From: Gammaproteobacteria bacterium
GTDB taxonomy: Bacteria; Pseudomonadota; Gammaproteobacteria; SpSt-1174
DNA length: 64,000 bases
Assembly (NCBI GenBank): GCA_037388465.1
Contig: JARRKE010000006.1
Coordinates: 2,853 to 66,852, forward strand
Direction: 5' to 3'
Positions 60,637 through 64,000 of this stretch are shown here, piece by piece; the first letter of the stretch is position 1, and each line of letters begins with the position of its first letter. The notes under the pieces were generated by a model that was not told where the DNA came from, made no database searches, and saw only the letters and a program-made list of their open reading frames with translations. The position numbers were made by a program, and so were the translations under genes.

Positions 60637-62067
60637 ATGAAATCGAAAGACATCGCGGAACTGCTGGACGAGCCGGCCTGCGCCCACAACAAGAAGTCCA
60701 AGTCCGGCTGCGCCAAGCCCAAGCCCGGCGCCACCGCCGGCGGGTGCGCCTTCGACGGTGCGCAGATCGCGTTGTTGCCCATCGCCGACGTCGCCCATAT
60801 CGTGCACGGCCCCATCGCCTGTGCCGGCAGCTCCTGGGACAACCGTGGCACCCGTTCCTCCGGCCCGGATCTGTACCGTCTGGGTTTCACCACCGACCTC
60901 ACCGAGCAGGACGTGATCATGGGGCGCGGCGAGAAGCGCCTGTTCCATTCCATCAAGCAGGCGGTGGAGGACCACGGCCCCGCAGCGGTGTTCGTCTACA
61001 ACACCTGCGTGCCGGCGCTGGTAGGGGACGACATCGAGGCGGTGTGCAAGGCCGCCGAGGAGCGCTGGGGTGTGCCCGTGGTGCCCGTGGACGCGGCCGG
61101 TTTCTACGGCACCAAGAACCTGGGCAACCGCATCGCTGGCGAGGCCATGGTCAAGTACGTGGTGGGCTCGCGCGAGCCCGATGCGCTGCCGCCTGTGCCC
61201 AGGCCGGAAACGCTCACTGTGCACGACGTCAACCTGATCGGCGAATACAACATCGCCGGCGAATTCTGGCATGTGCTGCCGCTGCTCGACGAACTCGGCC
61301 TGCGCGTGCTGTGCACCCTGTCGGGCGATGCGCGTTATCGCGAAGTGCAGACCATGCACCGCGCCGAAGTGAACATGATGGTGTGCTCCAAGGCCATGAT
61401 CAACGTGGCGCGCAAGCTGCAGGAAGGCTACGGCACGCGGTGGTTCGAAGGCAGCTTCTACGGCATTACCGACACCTCGCAGGCGCTGCGCGATTTCGCG
61501 CGCATCATCGACGATCCGGATCTCAGCGCGCGTACCGAAGCGCTCATCGCCCGCGAGGAGGCGCGCATCCACGCCGAGCTCGAGCCCTGGCGCGAACGCC
61601 TGCGCGGCAAGCGCGTGCTGCTCTACACCGGCGGGGTGAAGTCCTGGTCGGTGATCTCCGCCCTGCAGGACCTCGGCATGGAAGTGGTCGCCACCGGCAC
61701 CAAGAAATCCACCGAAGAGGACAAGGCGCGCATCCGCGAACTGATGGGTGAGGACGCCAAGATGATCGAGGACGGCAGCCCCAAGGCGCTGCTGCAGATC
61801 GTGCGCGAATACCGCGCCGACATTCTCATCGCCGGCGGACGCAACATGTACACCGCGCTCAAGGCGCGCCTGCCGTTTCTGGATATCAACCAGGAACGCG
61901 AGTTCGGCTACGCCGGCTACCAGGGCATGCTGGAACTGGTGCGCCAGCTCGCCCTGACTCTGGAAAGCCCGGTGTGGGAGGCGGTACGCCGTCCCGCGCC
62001 ATGGGCCGTTGCGCAGGCCGAAGCCGGGGCGGCGACGCCGGCCGTTCCCGCAACGGCGGAGGCCTGA
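60637..62067 (+). CDS. nifE: FeMo-cofactor scaffold protein NifE
   Basis: ...[29 protein letters not shown]... is NifD-like. 476 aa. Start chosen at [10 protein letters not shown]. Confidence 0.95.
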   Translation: MKSKDIAELLDEPACAHNKKSKSGCAKPKPGATAGGCAFDGAQIALLPIADVAHIVHGPIACAGSSWDNRGTRSSGPDLYRLGFTTDLTEQDVIMGRGEKRLFHSIKQAVEDHGPAAVFVYNTCVPALVGDDIEAVCKAAEERWGVPVVPVDAAGFYGTKNLGNRIAGEAMVKYVVGSREPDALPPVPRPETLTVHDVNLIGEYNIAGEFWHVLPLLDELGLRVLCTLSGDARYREVQTMHRAEVNMMVCSKAMINVARKLQEGYGTRWFEGSFYGITDTSQALRDFARIIDDPDLSARTEALIAREEARIHAELEPWRERLRGKRVLLYTGGVKSWSVISALQDLGMEVVATGTKKSTEEDKARIRELMGEDAKMIEDGSPKALLQIVREYRADILIAGGRNMYTALKARLPFLDINQEREFGYAGYQGMLELVRQLALTLESPVWEAVRRPAPWAVAQAEAGAATPAVPATAEA

Positions 62068-62070
62068 GCC

Positions 62071-63453
62071 ATGGCCGAGATCGTCAAACGTAACAAGGCC
62101 CTGTCAGTCAGTCCGCTGAAGGCAAGCCAGCCGGTCGGTGCGGCACTGGCCTTTCTGGGCCTGTACAAGTCCATTCCCATGCTGCACGGCTCGCAGGGCT
62201 GCACCGCCTTCGGCAAGGTGTTTTTCGTGCGCCACTTCCGTGAGCCGATTCCTTTGCAGACCACGGCCATGGATCAGGTCAGCAGCGTCATGGGCGCCGA
62301 CGACAACATTGTCGAGGGCCTGAAGACGGTGTGCGAAAAGATGAAGCCCGCCGTGGTCGGCCTGCCCACCACGGGCCTGTCCGAGACCCAGGGCGCCGAC
62401 GTGGCCGGCGCCGTACGCAACTTCCGCACGCGTTATCCCGAGTTCGCCGAGGTGGCGGTGGTGCCGGTGACCACACCGGATTTCACCGGCTGCCTGGAAA
62501 GCGGCTATGCCGCCGCGGTGCAGGCCATGATCGACGTGATGGTGCCCGAGGCCGCCATCGCGAATACCCGGCCCGGTACCCGCCGACGTCAGGTGAACGT
62601 GCTGGCCGGCGCGGCGCTCACCCCCGGCGACATCGAGGCGCTCAAGGACATGATCGAGGCCTTCGGCCTGCGGCCGGTGGTGGTGCCGGATATTTCCGAA
62701 TCCATGGACGGCCATCTGGGCGAGGAGCAGTTCAGCCCGCTGACCACCGGCGGCACGCCGGTCTCCGAACTGGCCACCCTGGGTGAGGCCGCGGCCACCC
62801 TGGTGATCGGCGCGTCGCTAGACAAGGCCGCCGACCTGCTGCACAGCCGCACCGGCGTGCCGGACTACCGCTTCGATCATCTCATGGGACTGGACGCCGT
62901 GGACGTGCTGGTCTCGACCCTGACCCAGGTAAGCGGCAATCCGGTGCCCGATCGCCTGCTGCGCCAGCGCGCCCAGTTGCAGGACGCGATGCTGGACACC
63001 CATTTCATGCTAGGCCAAGTGCGCGTGGCCATGGCCGCCGACCCGGACCTGCTGCAGGGTTTCGGCGAATTGCTCGCCGGCATGGGCGCCGAACTGGTGG
63101 CCGCCGTGGCGCCGTCGCGGGCGCCGGTGCTGGGGCGCGTGCCCGCCGCGAGCGTCAAGCTGGGCGATCTCGAGGATCTGGAACACCTGGCGCGCGAGCA
63201 CGAGGCCGAACTGGTGATCGGCAACTCGCATGCCGCGGAGTCGGCCAGGCGCCTCGGCCTGCCGCTGCTGCGCGCCGGGTTCCCGCAGTACGACCTGGTG
63301 GGCGGTTACCAGCGCACCTGGATCGGCTATCGCGGTTCGCGTCAGCTGCTGTTCGATCTGGCCAACATGATGCTGGAAAGCGACCACCACGCCATCCAGC
63401 CCTATCACTCCATTTACGCACAAAAGCCGGCACGCGCCGCAGGAGGTGAGTAA
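62071..63453 (+). CDS. nifN: FeMo-cofactor scaffold protein NifN
   Basis: ...[21 protein letters not shown]...[11 protein letters not shown]... is NifK-like. 460 aa. It starts 3 nt after the nifE stop. Confidence 0.95.
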   Translation: MAEIVKRNKALSVSPLKASQPVGAALAFLGLYKSIPMLHGSQGCTAFGKVFFVRHFREPIPLQTTAMDQVSSVMGADDNIVEGLKTVCEKMKPAVVGLPTTGLSETQGADVAGAVRNFRTRYPEFAEVAVVPVTTPDFTGCLESGYAAAVQAMIDVMVPEAAIANTRPGTRRRQVNVLAGAALTPGDIEALKDMIEAFGLRPVVVPDISESMDGHLGEEQFSPLTTGGTPVSELATLGEAAATLVIGASLDKAADLLHSRTGVPDYRFDHLMGLDAVDVLVSTLTQVSGNPVPDRLLRQRAQLQDAMLDTHFMLGQVRVAMAADPDLLQGFGELLAGMGAELVAAVAPSRAPVLGRVPAASVKLGDLEDLEHLAREHEAELVIGNSHAAESARRLGLPLLRAGFPQYDLVGGYQRTWIGYRGSRQLLFDLANMMLESDHHAIQPYHSIYAQKPARAAGGE

Positions 63454-63456
63454 GCC

Positions 63457-63942
63457 ATGGGGGTTGAACGCCGCATGCGTATCGTCGACGGCGACGGACG
63501 GGACGGAGGCGCCGAGGTTTCGGTGCAGGTCGCCTTCGCCACCTCGGACATGAAGCACGTGGACCAGCACTTCGGTTCCGCGCAGAGCTTCGCCCTGTAC
63601 GCCGTCAATCCGGAGCGCACCAGCCTGCTGGAGGCTTCCCAGTTCGGCAAGCTGGCGCAGGACGGCAACGAGGACAAGCTGGCCGTCAAGATCGAGTCCC
63701 TGAAGGACTGCGCCGCCGTGTTCTGCCAGGCGGTGGGCGCCTCCGCGGTGCGCCAGTTGCTCACCCACGGCATCCAGCCGGTGAAGGTGACGCCCGGCGC
63801 GGAGATCGCCGGCTTGCTGTATTCGCTGCAGGAGCAGCTGAGGGAAGGCCCGTCCGCCTGGCTGGCGAAGGCCATCGAACGTCAAACCCAGCCTGACGCC
63901 GGACGTTTCGACGCCATGGAGTCGGAGGGCTGGGACGAGTAA
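63457..63942 (+). CDS. nifX: FeMo-cofactor carrier protein NifX
   Basis: VAFATSDMKHVDQHFGSAQSFALY... NifX/NifY core. The start may be 63457 or 63475. Confidence 0.9.
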   Translation: MGVERRMRIVDGDGRDGGAEVSVQVAFATSDMKHVDQHFGSAQSFALYAVNPERTSLLEASQFGKLAQDGNEDKLAVKIESLKDCAAVFCQAVGASAVRQLLTHGIQPVKVTPGAEIAGLLYSLQEQLREGPSAWLAKAIERQTQPDAGRFDAMESEGWDE

Positions 63943-63978
63943 TCAAGCAACGACTACGAACTGAGAGGAGTAAACGTT

Positions 63979-64000
63979 ATGAGTGAGGCCGCCGTCGTCA
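63979..64000 (+). CDS. Start of the next nif-cluster ORF (probably the NifX-associated protein), truncated by the window end
   Basis: GAGAGGAG lies 8 nt before ATG 63979. Only 7 codons (MSEAAVV) are visible. Confidence 0.35.

Overview
This is a high-GC proteobacterial chromosome segment. Its synteny resembles Pseudomonas and Azotobacter, so I infer a gammaproteobacterium. The first ~38.6 kb is mostly housekeeping. It carries an EAL fragment, sseA, small-molecule enzymes, two tandem cytochrome c genes, ibaG, rnd, mreBCD, gatCAB, hslO and moeB. It also carries hemA-prfA-prmC and a TPR-lolB-ispE-tRNA(Gln)-prs-rplY-pth-ychF-tRNA(Met) block. Two less ordinary islands interrupt it. At 5.4-9.9 kb there is an FHA protein with Arg-rich repeats, a periplasmic rhodanese operon and an AT-rich promoter island. 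At 21.3-28.1 kb there is an operon encoding a duplicated small protein, a HEAT-repeat Ser/Thr kinase and two PilT-family ATPases, facing a convergent nucleotidyl-cyclase-FHA gene. From 38.7 kb to the window end lies one contiguous nitrogen-fixation supercluster: rnfABCDGEH (minus strand), nifLA, nifB-fdxN-orf-nifO-nifQ-draG, a SIR2-like gene, draT, nifHDKT-fdx-nifY-orf-LRV, and nifENX plus the start of a further ORF. I could read sigma-54 (-24/-12) promoters with TGT-N10-ACA NifA sites in front of rnfA, nifB, nifH, nifE and, unexpectedly, the SIR2-like gene between draT and draG. That gene and the kinase/PilT/cyclase module are the best candidates for undescribed biology. I saw no rRNA, CRISPR array, transposase or integrase. 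Many long ORFs in the track are antisense shadows typical of high-GC DNA.
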